Positions 18,396 to 30,600 are shown, counted from the stretch's first letter. The stretch: DNA of 64,000 nucleotides from Promethearchaeota archaeon (GCA_048938105.1 JBHLMN010000002.1:32001-96000); one strand, 5' to 3'. The notes: a model not told the origin generated them from the letters alone. Program-made: numbers and translations.

Positions 18396-19799
18396 ATGGT
18401 ATCAATAATCAAAACTGATATAGCAATTATAGGAGGTGGTCCTGCTGGTTATGTCGCGGCAATTCGTGCTTCTCAACTTCAAGCTAAGGTTGTACTGATT
18501 GAGAAAGGAGAATTAGGAGGTACATGTCTCAATAAGGGATGTATTCCAACGAAAGTATTAGTCGAATCAGCAGAAAGATATAGAGCTTTTAAGGAATCAT
18601 CTAGATTCGGATTACAAGCAGAGAATGTGAGCTTTAATTACTCTCGAATTAATAAGAGAAAAACTCGGATAGTAAAACGCTTAGTTAAAGGGGTAGAATT
18701 TTTACTTAGAAAGAATCATATTCAGGTTTTAAAAGGTTATGGGAGTTTTATTGACCAGAATAGAATTTTTGTAAAGGGGAGCGATGAAAGTTATGAAGTT
18801 CATGCAATGAATGTCATTATTGCCACAGGAAGTAACCCCATGTTATTACCTATTCCAGGAATTGATGGTTCTAAGGTTCTCACTAGCGATGATCTTCTTG
18901 AATTGAGTATCATCCCCAAAAGTATGATTGTAATTGGAGGAGGGGTGATAGGAGCTGAATTTTCCCATATTTTTCATTCCTTTGGGTGTAAGATCACAAT
19001 CTTAGAAATGCTTCCTGAATTGATTCCGATGGAAGATCCTGACCTAGGAAAAGAGCTTGAAGCATCATTTATAATTAGTGGGATAAAAGTTTATACAAAT
19101 TCACGCGTAATTCGAATTTCTGACACTCCAGAGGAAAATAAGAAGGTTACTTTTATTGATTCTAGTGGAAATGAACAGGATATTGAAGCCGAATATGTAT
19201 TAATAGCTATTGGACGAACATCAGTAATAAACGGATTGAATCTTGATTCTATCGGAGTAAAATATGATCAGGGGATATTTGTCAATGCTAAGATGAAAAC
19301 TAATGTTCCCAATGTGTTTGCAGTTGGTGATGTTATACAAGGACAACCTTCGCCAATGCTAGCCTATACTGCATCCCATGAGGGTGAGGTAGCTGTGGAA
19401 AATGCACTTGGTTATGAGGTTGAAATGAATTACGAGGCCATCCCAAGTACGATTTTTACAAACCCTGAGGTAGCTTCAGTAGGTTTATCCGAGAATAGAG
19501 CTAAAGAAAAAGTGGATATACTCGTAGGGACTTTTCCATTTCAGGTAAATGGTAGAGCAATTATTTCAGGGCAAAATCGTGGATTAGTCAAAGTAATACT
19601 TGATGCAAACACTACTGAAATAATCGGTGTACATATCATTGGTCCTAGTGCTACAGATTTGATTGCGGAAGGAGTATTAGCAGTAGCTAATAGAATGAAA
19701 GCTGAAGATTTGATTAAAGTTGAACATGCACACCCTGTGTTCTATGAAACGATCAAAGAGGCAACGTTGGATGCCCTTGGTCGTGCTATTCATAAATAA
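18396..19799 (+). CDS. lpdA: Dihydrolipoamide dehydrogenase
   Basis: GGGPAG, GGTCLNKGCIPTK redox disulfide, GGGVIGAE, HAHPVFYE. Confidence 0.93.
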   Translation: MVSIIKTDIAIIGGGPAGYVAAIRASQLQAKVVLIEKGELGGTCLNKGCIPTKVLVESAERYRAFKESSRFGLQAENVSFNYSRINKRKTRIVKRLVKGVEFLLRKNHIQVLKGYGSFIDQNRIFVKGSDESYEVHAMNVIIATGSNPMLLPIPGIDGSKVLTSDDLLELSIIPKSMIVIGGGVIGAEFSHIFHSFGCKITILEMLPELIPMEDPDLGKELEASFIISGIKVYTNSRVIRISDTPEENKKVTFIDSSGNEQDIEAEYVLIAIGRTSVINGLNLDSIGVKYDQGIFVNAKMKTNVPNVFAVGDVIQGQPSPMLAYTASHEGEVAVENALGYEVEMNYEAIPSTIFTNPEVASVGLSENRAKEKVDILVGTFPFQVNGRAIISGQNRGLVKVILDANTTEIIGVHIIGPSATDLIAEGVLAVANRMKAEDLIKVEHAHPVFYETIKEATLDALGRAIHK

Positions 19800-20076
19800 T
19801 CGATGTATGTAAGTTGTCATAGATAATCTTTTAATGTAGAATGGTATATTATAAGGGGTGTTTTGTATATCCTTGAAATCAACTTGGAAAAAAAAACTTT
19901 CTTATCTATTCAATATTGCACAAACATCATCTTAATTCAAATTCTGTTTACAAATCAGATGATATCGAACGATTTAAGGATTCTACACCCATGATTGAAA
20001 TGCTTTAGGCTGGAAGAAAGCATTTTAAGTATTTAAACAAAAAAACCAAAAATAAAATCTTAGGAGGATTGGAAAA

Positions 20077-20910
20077 ATGACAAATATATTGAGTCCATCA
20101 ATTTCAGAACTTGTGAACTTAACTGGAAAAACAGCAATTGTAACAGGTGGTGCCATGGGTATCGGTCAAGCAATTTGTTACCGGTTAGCTGAGGCTGGAG
20201 CCGCTGTTATGGTTGTAGATATCAATCTTGATGCAGCAAAAGAAACTGCAAAAACAATCAGCGATAAAGGTGGAAAAGCAAAGGCTCTACTAGCAGATGC
20301 AAGTAGTCTTGATGATGCAAAGAAGGTAATTCAATCGACTGTTGATGAATTCGGAGGTATTGATATACTAGTTAATAATGCTGGTATTTATCCAATGTCT
20401 CCAGCACTTGATACAACTGAAACATTATGGGACAAGGTATTGGGATTAAATCTAAAAGGCGTATTTTTTTATAATCAAGCTGCTGCAAAAAGGATGATCG
20501 AGGCAGGAAAAGGTGGAAAGATCATTAGCGTTGCTTCAGGAGCGGGTTTAAAACCTTCAGGTATGAATCTTGTTCATTATGATACCTCAAAAGCTGGAGT
20601 TATCATGATGACAAAGTCTTTAGCTACAGAAATGGCACCTCACAAGATAAATGTTAATGCAATTGCACCTGGAGCAATTGATACTCCTGGATCTAAAGTT
20701 ACTTTTGCAGCTATGAAAGAACAACTAATAGCATCTGGTATGTCACCAGAAGAGGCTGAGAAAATGACTGATTTCACCACACGAGTACCCCTCGGTCGTA
20801 TGGGAATCCCTGACGATATAGCGAAAGGAATCCTCTTTTTAGCTTGTGATTTATCTGAATATATAACTGGTTTCACGCTTGTGGTTGATGGTGGGTCTCT
20901 ACTAATGTAA
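20077..20910 (+). CDS. Classical short-chain dehydrogenase/reductase
   Basis: TGGAMGIG, NNAG, YDTSK, NAIAPG, VVDGG; GGAGG RBS. Confidence 0.92.
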   Translation: MTNILSPSISELVNLTGKTAIVTGGAMGIGQAICYRLAEAGAAVMVVDINLDAAKETAKTISDKGGKAKALLADASSLDDAKKVIQSTVDEFGGIDILVNNAGIYPMSPALDTTETLWDKVLGLNLKGVFFYNQAAAKRMIEAGKGGKIISVASGAGLKPSGMNLVHYDTSKAGVIMMTKSLATEMAPHKINVNAIAPGAIDTPGSKVTFAAMKEQLIASGMSPEEAEKMTDFTTRVPLGRMGIPDDIAKGILFLACDLSEYITGFTLVVDGGSLLM

Positions 20911-21315
20911 TTGACCAATTGTGTCATTATAGTAAGAGTTATCCTTGCTTCGATAGATGCTTATCATCCAACTGCAAATCTTGTTCATTATGATACCTCA
21001 AAAGGTGATATCCGCATGATGACAAAAACTTTAGCCTTAGAACTAGCGTCCCGCAAAATAACTGTAAATGCGGTTGCCCCTGGGGGAATTTCGACTCCAG
21101 GAACAGATGTTACTATAGAAGCAAAGAGAGAACAAATGGTAGCAGCTGGCATGTCACCAGAAGACTTTGAAGCAACATTTACTACTCGAATCCCCCTTAG
21201 CTGTATGGGGGTTCCTGATGACATAGTAAAAGTGATTCTCTTTTTAACTAGTGGTTTATCCGAATATATGACTGGTACTACTTTAGTGGCAGATGGTGGT
21301 TACCTACTCTCTTAG
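20911..21315 (+). pseudogene. N-terminally truncated tandem SDR paralog
   Basis: Only the C-terminal half (HYDTSK..NAVAPGG..ADGGY) remains; no Rossmann motif; abuts the upstream stop codon. Confidence 0.75.
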
Positions 21316-21337
21316 TTGATGTTTAGTCTATTCAAAA

Positions 21338-21416
21338 CTAGTCAAATTAACTGGAAAAACTACAAATATTGCAGCTGGTGCCCTAGGTATCGGTCAAGAA
21401 ATGTTCTACGACCTAT
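21338..21416 (+). pseudogene. N-terminal fragment of a further SDR copy
   Basis: LVKLTGKTTNIAAGALGIGQEMFYDL aligns with LVNLTGKTAIVTGGAMGIGQAICYRL of the 20077 gene. Confidence 0.7.
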
Positions 21417-21471
21417 CATCCTACCTATTACCACTTTTTTCTTTTTATTTACCAAAGCAATCTCTCCTCAC

Positions 21472-21891
21472 CTAAAAATGCCATAATTGACGCCAAGAAA
21501 CACCTTCAGTCAATATTAATGGGATTAGAATAATCAACGCTATAATAGCATCAATTAAACCAAATAATAGATACACTATTTCTAATCCCTGGCTGATTAA
21601 GGTTAGAATTACTATTGAAAAGTACCCCAGTCGAGTCACCACAGATCCGAATCCAATTATGACTAATTTCTGTGGATTTTGTGCAGCATAAACTAGAAAA
21701 TATCCCACAATGATAAGAAAAAGAGCAGTAAATTGAATAAAAATCAGTTCTGGCTTTTGAACTTCAACGTATGATGAAAAAAATTCCCCGAAAAATAAGA
21801 GGAGTATTACCATTGAGATATTATACAATCCACCTATAAGAAATGATAATTTCAAAAACAAGTCATTGTTGATTCTTTTCAACATAATCAC
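21472..21891 (-). CDS. Hypothetical 4-TM membrane protein
   Basis: 139-aa ORF with four hydrophobic segments. Confidence 0.7.
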   Translation of the reverse strand: MIMLKRINNDLFLKLSFLIGGLYNISMVILLLFFGEFFSSYVEVQKPELIFIQFTALFLIIVGYFLVYAAQNPQKLVIIGFGSVVTRLGYFSIVILTLISQGLEIVYLLFGLIDAIIALIILIPLILTEGVSWRQLWHF

Positions 21892-22013
21892 TTAATATCT
21901 CTCTAAATGTAGGAAATTATATTTAATAGCCTTCTTTCAATGATTGGCTCATTCACCTAATCGAGTAACGGTTAAACTAAACTTCAATTCAAAATTCTTT
22001 ACAAAAATCAGAG

Positions 22014-25000
22014 CTACTTTCTACTATTTTTCCTCTTAACAATTTTGGGCCTGTTTTTCAATTTTGGCTTTTCAAGCTCAAAAATCATGTCTCGAATTTC
22101 CGCAGCCTTCTCAAATTCAAGGTTTTTTGCAGCTATCTGCATTTCTTGTCTCAACGCTTTAATATAATCTGGAAGGTCTTCTGCTGGGACCTTTTCCTGT
22201 TTAATGTCAGTAAATGACGTTTTTAGCTCAACAAGTGGAGATCGTACTTCTTTGATAATTGTTTGTGGAGTTATCCCCATTTTTTTATTGTATTCCAGTT
22301 GTTTGCGACGACGTCTCTTTGTTTCAGCAATAGAAATTTCCATAGATTCGGATATTTTGTCTGCATAAAAAACTACCCGCCCATTGACGTTTCGAGCCGC
22401 ACGACCAATAGTTTGTATAAGTGATCTCTCATTTCTGAGAAATCCTTGTTTATCTGCATCTAGAATAGCAACCAAAGAAACTTCAGGTAAGTCCAATCCC
22501 TCTCTTAGAAGATTGATTCCTACAAGGACATCAAAATCCCCAAGTCTTAGTGAGCGTAAGATGTCCGTTCGTTCTAAGGTTTTAATCTCTGAATGTAGGT
22601 AACGGGCACGTATACCAATGTCATCAAGATAGTCAGCAAGATTCTCAGCCATTCGTTTTGTTAAGGTAGTTACTAGCGTACGTTCTCTTCGGCCTGTAGT
22701 TTTTTGAATTTCCTCTACAAGATCATCTATTGGATTATCTAATTTAATTTTTATCTCAATTTCTGGATCAACTAATCCCGTGGGTCGAATTATTTGCTCA
22801 ATTATGCCATTTTTTCCACTTTTTTCCCAAGCATATGGACCTGGTGTAGCACTGACAAATATTGTTTGTCCCATTCGGGCTTCAAATTCCCTAAAAGTAA
22901 GGGGTCGATGATCATACGCAGAGGGAAGTCGAAATCCATAATCTATTAGATTCTTTTTCCGAGAAAGATCTCCTTCTCGCATCCCTCCGATTTGAGGAAT
23001 AGTCATGTGTGATTCATCGATGATAAGGAGATAATCCTTCGGAAAAAATTCCATTAACGTTGAAGGGGGTTCTCCTTCTTCTCTATTATCAAAGTAACGA
23101 GAATAATTCTCTATTCCCGGGCAATGACCAATTTCTTCCATAAGTTCTAGATCATATAAAGTTCTTTGTTGAAGACGATGAGCTTCTATTATTTTGTTTT
23201 GATGTCTTAGTTCTTTTAATCGTTTTCTTAATTCTTTACGAATTTCTCCAAGGGCTGCTCTCAGTTCATCTTTAGGACGAACATAATGTTTAGCAGGAAA
23301 AATAATCGTACGATCAAGCTTAACTAGAGTTTTACCCGAAATTGGGTGAATGTGGGTTATACGTTCAATTTCATCTCCAAATAGTTCGATTCGTACTGCT
23401 ATATAATCTTCATAAGCCGGCCAGACATCGATCGTATCCCCTCTGATTCTGATTTTCCCACGTAATAAATTATTTTGATCGCGTTCATATTGAATATCGA
23501 TTAAATTGGAAAGAATCTTTTCCTTAGAGATTTTCATACCCTTTTGAACAAATAAACTCATATTTTTATAAGACTCGGGCGATCCAAGACCGTAAATACA
23601 GCTAACACTCGCTACTACAATTACATCGTCGCGTTCAAGGAGACTTCGGGTTGCTGAAGCCCTCATCTTCTCGATTTCCTCGTTGATATCGAAGTCCTTC
23701 TCTATATAGCGATCAGTGGTCGGAAGGTAGGCTTCAGGTTGGTAGTAGTCGTAATATGAAACAAAGTATTCTACAGCATTATGTGGGAAATATTCTGAAA
23801 ACTCTTGATATAATTGCGCTGCCAAGGTCTTATTATGAGAGATTACTAGGGTTGGCTTCCGCACCTGTTCAATGACATTGGCAATAGTAAATGTATTATG
23901 AACGAAAATATTCCCATTACCTGCAAAAAAGTTTTCATTATCCTTTACAGAAATATCATAAACGTAACCATTTGCCGTTTTTACTCTTTCAATCTTATTA
24001 ATCCTACGAAAATTAAAATTCAAAATGTTCTGAAATAATTCTTTTTTAGGATCTAGTTTTATTATCTTCTTGAAAAGATCTTTGGATGGATTTCTTTTAT
24101 TTTGTTCGATTAGTGTTATATGAGACCTAGCACATCCTATTTGATTTGCCAGTTGTTTTTGTGTGAATTTAAGACCTTTTCTTAGCTTAATAATGTAATT
24201 AGAACATTTTGGAAAAACATCAACATTTGTATTACTTTTTTCTGTGATGTTTTTTATTAATTTCTTCTTTTTATGCTCCAAAGAAAAATAAATGGTGTTT
24301 TTAAACTTAATTAGATTCTCTCGACCAGATATGGTTAAAGAATAATATTCTTTTTCAATAGGATTATTGTTTGCTCCTTTGTAAAGCGATTTTTTCTTTC
24401 GAATACGTGAAACTATATCAAATCTTAGCAATAAATTTTTGATATCATAAATTAATTTTTCTGAAGCTGATGTATATACGACTCTATTTTTTTCGACACC
24501 CCCATCCCCATCAAATACTGCTCTTAAAAAGACTGTGAGATTTTCATTTGATAGATTGTAAAAGAAATTAGTTATTCTTTTTTCTTTGGCAGTTTTTCCG
24601 AGTGACTTAAAGAAGTTTGAAAAGGGTTTTGAAAAATAGACAATATCATTCTCGTTTCGTTGGTTATAATTCAAATTATAAGCGTTAAAAAATTCCTTAC
24701 AAATATTTTGTAAGGTTTTTTCTGGATTAGATATTAAAATATATCGATCTGTACAATGACCTTCTGATATGTATAATCCTGCAAAAGTTAAAAAATTATT
24801 ATTAATCGGTATTAAAGGATTTAGAGAATCATTTCCTTTAGTAATGATTTTAATATATTTATTGACATCTCTTAAGTTCAAACCTGATCTTGATAAGAGA
24901 ATGTACATTTGTTCAATTGTTATTCCCCTTTCAGAAGTTTCATTTACTATTTGATCAAATTTCCAATTATAAGCTTTGAATTCTCCTTTTAGAAATTCCT

Positions 25001-25625
25001 TGATTATTTCTACATTTTTATATTGTTTTTTAATTAAATCACTGATATTTACTTTAGAATCTGAATTATATTCTAGTAAATTCAAAAATCTTAAGGGCTT
25101 TTTAGGTAATGGCATATTATTTGAAAGAGGTAAATAATCACCTATTTTGAGGCTCTCTGTAGCAACTAAATCAAGTTTACAGTTATATAAACGAAAACAA
25201 TTATGATCTTTTGTAATTCTGATTGTAGAATTATCATCGAGAGTGATTTTATATATGAATTTTGCTTTATGTTTTGAAACTTCAGTAATTTCTTTTGTTT
25301 CAATTGAATAATCCTTGGAATTAAAAGATAAAGTAAAAAAACCATTTATTTTTTGATATAGAGTATCACTTAGTTTTTTGGGATTTGATAATTTTTCTTC
25401 TACAAATTTTCCAATTTTTATTCTAGTAATAGTTGAATTCTCATTAATTATAACAATTTGTTCATCATAATCAATACTTTTCCCGCTCCCAGTAACCCCT
25501 AAGAGAGTTTGATACTTTTTTCCATTTTCTATTCCCTGTACTAGTTGTTTAATCGCTGGTATTTGATCACCACGCGGCTGATAAGGGGAAATTATTTGAA
25601 ATTCTGGCAGGATGCTTCTCTCCAA
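22014..25625 (-). CDS. uvrB: Excinuclease ABC subunit B, intein-containing
   Basis: PRGDQ, GVTGSGK|[56 protein letters not shown] and C-terminal UVR domain. Confidence 0.95.
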   Translation of the reverse strand: MERSILPEFQIISPYQPRGDQIPAIKQLVQGIENGKKYQTLLGVTGSGKSIDYDEQIVIINENSTITRIKIGKFVEEKLSNPKKLSDTLYQKINGFFTLSFNSKDYSIETKEITEVSKHKAKFIYKITLDDNSTIRITKDHNCFRLYNCKLDLVATESLKIGDYLPLSNNMPLPKKPLRFLNLLEYNSDSKVNISDLIKKQYKNVEIIKEFLKGEFKAYNWKFDQIVNETSERGITIEQMYILLSRSGLNLRDVNKYIKIITKGNDSLNPLIPINNNFLTFAGLYISEGHCTDRYILISNPEKTLQNICKEFFNAYNLNYNQRNENDIVYFSKPFSNFFKSLGKTAKEKRITNFFYNLSNENLTVFLRAVFDGDGGVEKNRVVYTSASEKLIYDIKNLLLRFDIVSRIRKKKSLYKGANNNPIEKEYYSLTISGRENLIKFKNTIYFSLEHKKKKLIKNITEKSNTNVDVFPKCSNYIIKLRKGLKFTQKQLANQIGCARSHITLIEQNKRNPSKDLFKKIIKLDPKKELFQNILNFNFRRINKIERVKTANGYVYDISVKDNENFFAGNGNIFVHNTFTIANVIEQVRKPTLVISHNKTLAAQLYQEFSEYFPHNAVEYFVSYYDYYQPEAYLPTTDRYIEKDFDINEEIEKMRASATRSLLERDDVIVVASVSCIYGLGSPESYKNMSLFVQKGMKISKEKILSNLIDIQYERDQNNLLRGKIRIRGDTIDVWPAYEDYIAVRIELFGDEIERITHIHPISGKTLVKLDRTIIFPAKHYVRPKDELRAALGEIRKELRKRLKELRHQNKIIEAHRLQQRTLYDLELMEEIGHCPGIENYSRYFDNREEGEPPSTLMEFFPKDYLLIIDESHMTIPQIGGMREGDLSRKKNLIDYGFRLPSAYDHRPLTFREFEARMGQTIFVSATPGPYAWEKSGKNGIIEQIIRPTGLVDPEIEIKIKLDNPIDDLVEEIQKTTGRRERTLVTTLTKRMAENLADYLDDIGIRARYLHSEIKTLERTDILRSLRLGDFDVLVGINLLREGLDLPEVSLVAILDADKQGFLRNERSLIQTIGRAARNVNGRVVFYADKISESMEISIAETKRRRRKQLEYNKKMGITPQTIIKEVRSPLVELKTSFTDIKQEKVPAEDLPDYIKALRQEMQIAAKNLEFEKAAEIRDMIFELEKPKLKNRPKIVKRKNSRK
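23895..25478 (-). mobile_element. 528-aa intein with LAGLIDADG homing endonuclease and XRE-type HTH, inserted in the UvrB Walker A
   Basis: Starts SIDYDEQ after GSGK. Block B ITKDHNCF; FAGLYISEG and [10 protein letters not shown]; block [21 protein letters not shown] followed by Thr. Markedly AT-richer than the exteins. Confidence 0.93.
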
Positions 25626-25908
25626 TTTGAAGAAGATCTCATTACTTTCATTACATTGATAGATGATTTATTCATAAATGACAGTTTGTTGGCAATCTGA
25701 ATTTATACTTAAAATAATACCCAATAACAGAAGTTTTCTTTCCTTCTTAATGAGCTTGTTAACATAATCCTTCAAAAAAAGGATTATCCTCTTATTAAAT
25801 TCGATTTTTTATCACTTGAATGAATTAGTTTTTAAATGACTATACTTTTTTACCAATACGAAATCAAGAATAACCTTCCGAGATTATTGTTCAAGACGAG
25901 GTTAGAAA

Positions 25909-26583
25909 GTGTTTGATCGTGATATTCGGGTAACTGTGTTAGGGAATACGGGAGTAGGTAAAACTACGCTGATAGATCGGATGATAGGAACGGATGTCCA
26001 TAAAATCATGAGTAAGAAAACACTTGAGATTAATATTGAGGAAAAGAAGATTAAATTACAAAGCTCTCAATCTCATCCCTGGTATTCACTCGAAAAACAT
26101 CGAAGTTATCGAATCATAGCAATAGATAACCCAGGTGACTATAAACTGCGACGAAAATGGCGTGAGGCCATGCGAAAGTTTAAGACTGACGGGATGCTAT
26201 TTCTACTTGATCCTGAACAATCAATTGAGGTTCAAAGGGTAGCAATGGAGGATAGCTACAATTACTTTTTGGATTCTCTTGATTTGAGGCCAGAAAGAGC
26301 AGATAGGAAAGCGAGGGATACAAAGTATATTTTTCACTTTGTAGTAAATAAATGTGATATCTTACTACCAAATGATAGTGATAAAAAAACCTTTGTAATG
26401 AATCCTCTTGTCAAAGAACAAGCAGTAGATTTTCTATCTCGGTTCGCTCCGACAATGGATGAGTTTAAAGAAACCTTTCCCCTTTCAAAGTTTGGAATTT
26501 CCTATCTCTCTGCATTATATAGTCCTTACAAGGCTTTGGATAAGTTATTTGAGATCCTAAAAGTATACATTTATCATATTTAG
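25909..26583 (+). CDS. Divergent small GTPase (Ras superfamily-like)
   Basis: G1 GNTGVGKT, G3 DNPG, G4 NKCD, G5 SAL. Confidence 0.8.
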   Translation: MFDRDIRVTVLGNTGVGKTTLIDRMIGTDVHKIMSKKTLEINIEEKKIKLQSSQSHPWYSLEKHRSYRIIAIDNPGDYKLRRKWREAMRKFKTDGMLFLLDPEQSIEVQRVAMEDSYNYFLDSLDLRPERADRKARDTKYIFHFVVNKCDILLPNDSDKKTFVMNPLVKEQAVDFLSRFAPTMDEFKETFPLSKFGISYLSALYSPYKALDKLFEILKVYIYHI

Positions 26584-26615
26584 ATATGTTTTAGGAATCT
26601 TTTTGGTACTTAATA

Positions 26616-27437
26616 TTACTTCATTTCTACTAAAGAGGCGATTTTTTTGACTATTTCTGTTGAATCAAGTCTCATTGGGTTTATTTTTAGTACAATATGC
26701 CTTTTTCGCCTTTCTAAGTAAAAATATTCTTTCATTGCGTTAAGCATACGTATTTTTCGTATTATTGGAGCAAAAATATGAAAAGACAAATGTTGATGGT
26801 CAGAAACTTGTTGAGCTTGTGCGAGAAGGATTGTTAATAGATCCTTGTGAAGTTTGAAGAATCTAGGAAAATCTCGGGAAAAAGTACCAACTGTAGTACT
26901 TGCTTCTTCTTTCTCGGTTCGGTTGTGGATTGCAGAAATGAATTTTCGCTTAAAGGGAACGAAAACATTCTCATCAAAAGTTGATATTGTTGTTGTCATT
27001 GTTTCTTCAATGGTGGACGACATTCTATAAAATTCTTGATATATAGAATCAGGGAGCATCTTCAATTGATAAAAACCTGAATCAAATTGCCTCATCGTGA
27101 AAGGTAGGATTTCTCCAAAAATAAAATCCAATAACAGGTCATCTTTCCTTTTTCCAGCAAGTGAGAAACAAATTTCACTCATCCCTTTAGAAAGCTGATG
27201 AAATAGTTGAAATGAGTCAATATCAGCATAAGGTGGTAATTCCGTCATTATTCCTATCCCCTCTTGTGGTTGCAGTACTAAAAATTCTGTAGTCAAGTTA
27301 GTGATTTTGTATTGGATTTTATTATGAGAAATTTCGAGATATCCCCTTTTCGTGACAACAACTTGCTTTTTCCCTATAATTTCAAAAGGGGGGCACATGA
27401 TAAAGAAATGCTTCGTACCAGTTAACAATAAGTCCAC
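26616..27437 (-). CDS. Hypothetical protein
   Basis: 273-aa ORF filling an intergenic gap; no recognised motif. Confidence 0.6.
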   Translation of the reverse strand: MDLLLTGTKHFFIMCPPFEIIGKKQVVVTKRGYLEISHNKIQYKITNLTTEFLVLQPQEGIGIMTELPPYADIDSFQLFHQLSKGMSEICFSLAGKRKDDLLLDFIFGEILPFTMRQFDSGFYQLKMLPDSIYQEFYRMSSTIEETMTTTISTFDENVFVPFKRKFISAIHNRTEKEEASTTVGTFSRDFPRFFKLHKDLLTILLAQAQQVSDHQHLSFHIFAPIIRKIRMLNAMKEYFYLERRKRHIVLKINPMRLDSTEIVKKIASLVEMK

Positions 27438-27608
27438 CTTATTTAATAGAATTGAAACACTAGTTACATACTTTTATTCTATTTGTATTTTTCTTTTCTT
27501 TTATTGAATTCAAATTAAATAATTAATTCATATTGCCACTATCTTTATTCTTAAGTTTGGTTCCTAACAAAGATAAAAATGACTATATTTCATCTTAAAT
27601 TATAAGTA

Positions 27609-30600
27609 GTGCTGATAAAGGTAATAAAAATGACCAAGGATCTTCCTACGAAAGATTCTCATTTCAGTATAAATGAGCTACACACTAAGCAAGTCCACAC
27701 TATGAGAATTCGTCACCCTAATACTCCTCAAATGGCAAAAATTCGCGAATTATTTGTCACTTTGAAAGATGCTGGCCGACTTGCTGATTGTGTGAACGAA
27801 TGGTCAGAAGATGATAGTTGGGGTGGAGGATTTGGAAATACTAAATTTACAGCTGAAAGAATACTCAAAGAATGGTTTTCAACAAAATTAATAAGACGAA
27901 TGGTCATTGATGAGGAAGGAATTGTCCAGGGGTACTGTACGGTTGACAATCATTGGACTGATGAAGATACAATGTATGTTCAGCTTTTAGGTGTTCGCCC
28001 TTCTCAACAGAAACGGGGTTTCGGAAAAAGTTTACTCTTAAAAGCTGTTGAAACCGCAATGAATCATGGTAAACGACGTTTAGATTTACATACCTGGGCT
28101 GGAAACTTACGTGCTGTTCCTGTTTATAAAAAAACGGGTTTTATGTGGTGTCCCAAGACATCCGTGTTGATGGAGAATTTCCTACCAGGGATTTTAAACA
28201 CAGCTTTCTTCAATACATTCTTTCTCCAAAATGATTGGTACAAGTCACGGCTTTTTACTGTAATCCAAAAAGCTGATGATTTTGAGAAATTCGGTATGAA
28301 ATCTTATTATTATTATTTTGTTCAAGATGATCAAAATTCTTTAACAGTATATGTGGATCGTCACGCGAAAGATATCTCAGGATTCTCTTATGTTGTTAAT
28401 GGGGAAGAGCTATCTGTACAGCTGATTCCTAATTTGCATGAAGTATTTCTTGGTATTGATTTAACTACGGCCGAACTGAGGATAAACAATAAATGTAAGA
28501 GGCCTATTACGATTAAAGGCAGTTTTAATTTTTTCAAAGGTATTCAGGCCGTTTCTATTGAATCAATAGATGAAGTTATTGAAGCTTACACTAAAAAGCA
28601 GATCGTCATCAAAGTAGAACTAAATCCTGAGGTTGAAACATATATCTTAGATCAAGATCCTTGGAAACGAACCGATTGTCGTCTTTATGGTCTTTTTGAG
28701 ATTGATAATAAAGAAATTCAATTAGCTGTAGGATGGGCGCCAAAAGAATCTTTCCAAGTTATATTGAGTGAACCCTCGGCCTATTTTGGGAGATATATAG
28801 AACGGATTGATGTCCCAGTTGGATTCCGGAATATGATGAATCGCCCTTTTAATGGACGAGTTGTAATTTCTGGAGAAGGGTTATCAGCTCCTCATGAAGT
28901 TAGAATTGATTCATTGGAATCTGGTGATGCTTTTGAAACCCAAGTAGAGGTTCAAAAACCTATAAAATCAACTGTTACAGCTTGGCAGTGGAATATCCAA
29001 TTTTACCAACAGAAATCTGATGGAGAGTCAGCCTTACCTCCAATAATTCGGCATGTAAGTTGTTTTACTAAGGCAGGAGCAGTTGCTTATGTTAATCCTC
29101 ACAAAGCTGCTATAATTGAAAACGAACAGTTACGATTTCAATTTGATTTGAAGGAAATTAATGAACTACAATATATAAATTCAAAAGATGTCGGTGAATT
29201 CCCTTTTAGGACATTTGGAATGAATATTGGAAAACCGTTTCCTGCTGAATCCTCAGAGTTTTGGCGTCTTGATCGTCCATATAAAATCATACAATATGAC
29301 AATGGGGTTTCTTTTAAACAGGTTATGTTGAGTAAAGTCGAAAAACCAGGATTGCAAGCCACACGTTGGATCACTGTTGAAGGCGGAAAACCATTTATCT
29401 CCTGTTATTACAGAATGACAAATACCTCTGATTTTCCAATTGAAAATATCGCTATTCGTCATTGGAGTCCTTGGAGAACCCCCTCACTTTTAATTGGTAA
29501 ATATATTTTACCACTGGAATCTGGATGGATTGTTTCAGATGATCCTGAATTCAATGATAATTTTGATTTTCCTCAAAATGCTGATGAATATGCAGAACCT
29601 TGGATAGCAAAAGAGAATCAGCTTGGCTTTGGGTGTGGTCTTATCTGGGATTCTTCTCAAGTTAAGTCAATTCAGGGTAATCCATTCAGTGGGCCACAGA
29701 TAGACACTAAGACCTATACTCTACAACCAGGAGAAACAATCAATTTGGGACATATTACTTGGGTTTTTGGAAGATCTATAGCTAATTTGACTCGTAAAAT
29801 TTGGTTAAACGAGTTCAATGGCAAGGAATTTTCCTTTATTGAGGATGGTAACATTGAACATAGTACTTCACTCCTTGAGGTTCGATGTGGTCAAAATTTG
29901 GCACTTCCAAAAGTTTCATATAATCCACTACCTAGTTTAAACTGGATAGACCTGGACTCAAACAATATCCCAATAGATATTTTATATCATGCTCGTCGTG
30001 AGACACCCATAGAAGTTAAAATTGAATTAAAGAGTTCCTTTTGGGAATCTCCTTTTCAATGGAAAACGAAACTTGAAAGTGGAATTAATAAACGGACTCA
30101 AAAAGAAATTAGGAAAGATAAACAATTTGACTTTCAAAGCATTCAGATTTTCACATTCAAAGGAGAAATTCATCTTCCCTATACTTCTCGGCCATTTTCT
30201 GGAGTAGTAATTCCATACAAGAGTTCAGGAAAGGTAACCCTTGAAAAAAAAGATGATAAATGGCTATTTTCAAACAATCTGTTGTCTTTTCAAACAAGTC
30301 CAACCCATGGTGCGAGTTTATACTCTGGGAGATTTAATGGTGGTGAAAATCTCTTCTTTTCACGTTTTCCTGTTCGAGAATCTTTCGTTTGGTACAAACG
30401 TTTTGTTGGTGGTTTTCATCCTTTTATTAAAATTTCTTACCATTGGGATTGGTTAGAGTTTCTTGACAACGTTTGGTCTAATCCTGTTCTTTTCAAAGAA
30501 GATAAATGGTTTGGATTGTCATATCAGCTTGACTCTCCTGAAAATGATTTCCGTTTGAAGAATATTAGCTGTAGAATTAATTACTATACTCGTTATGAGA

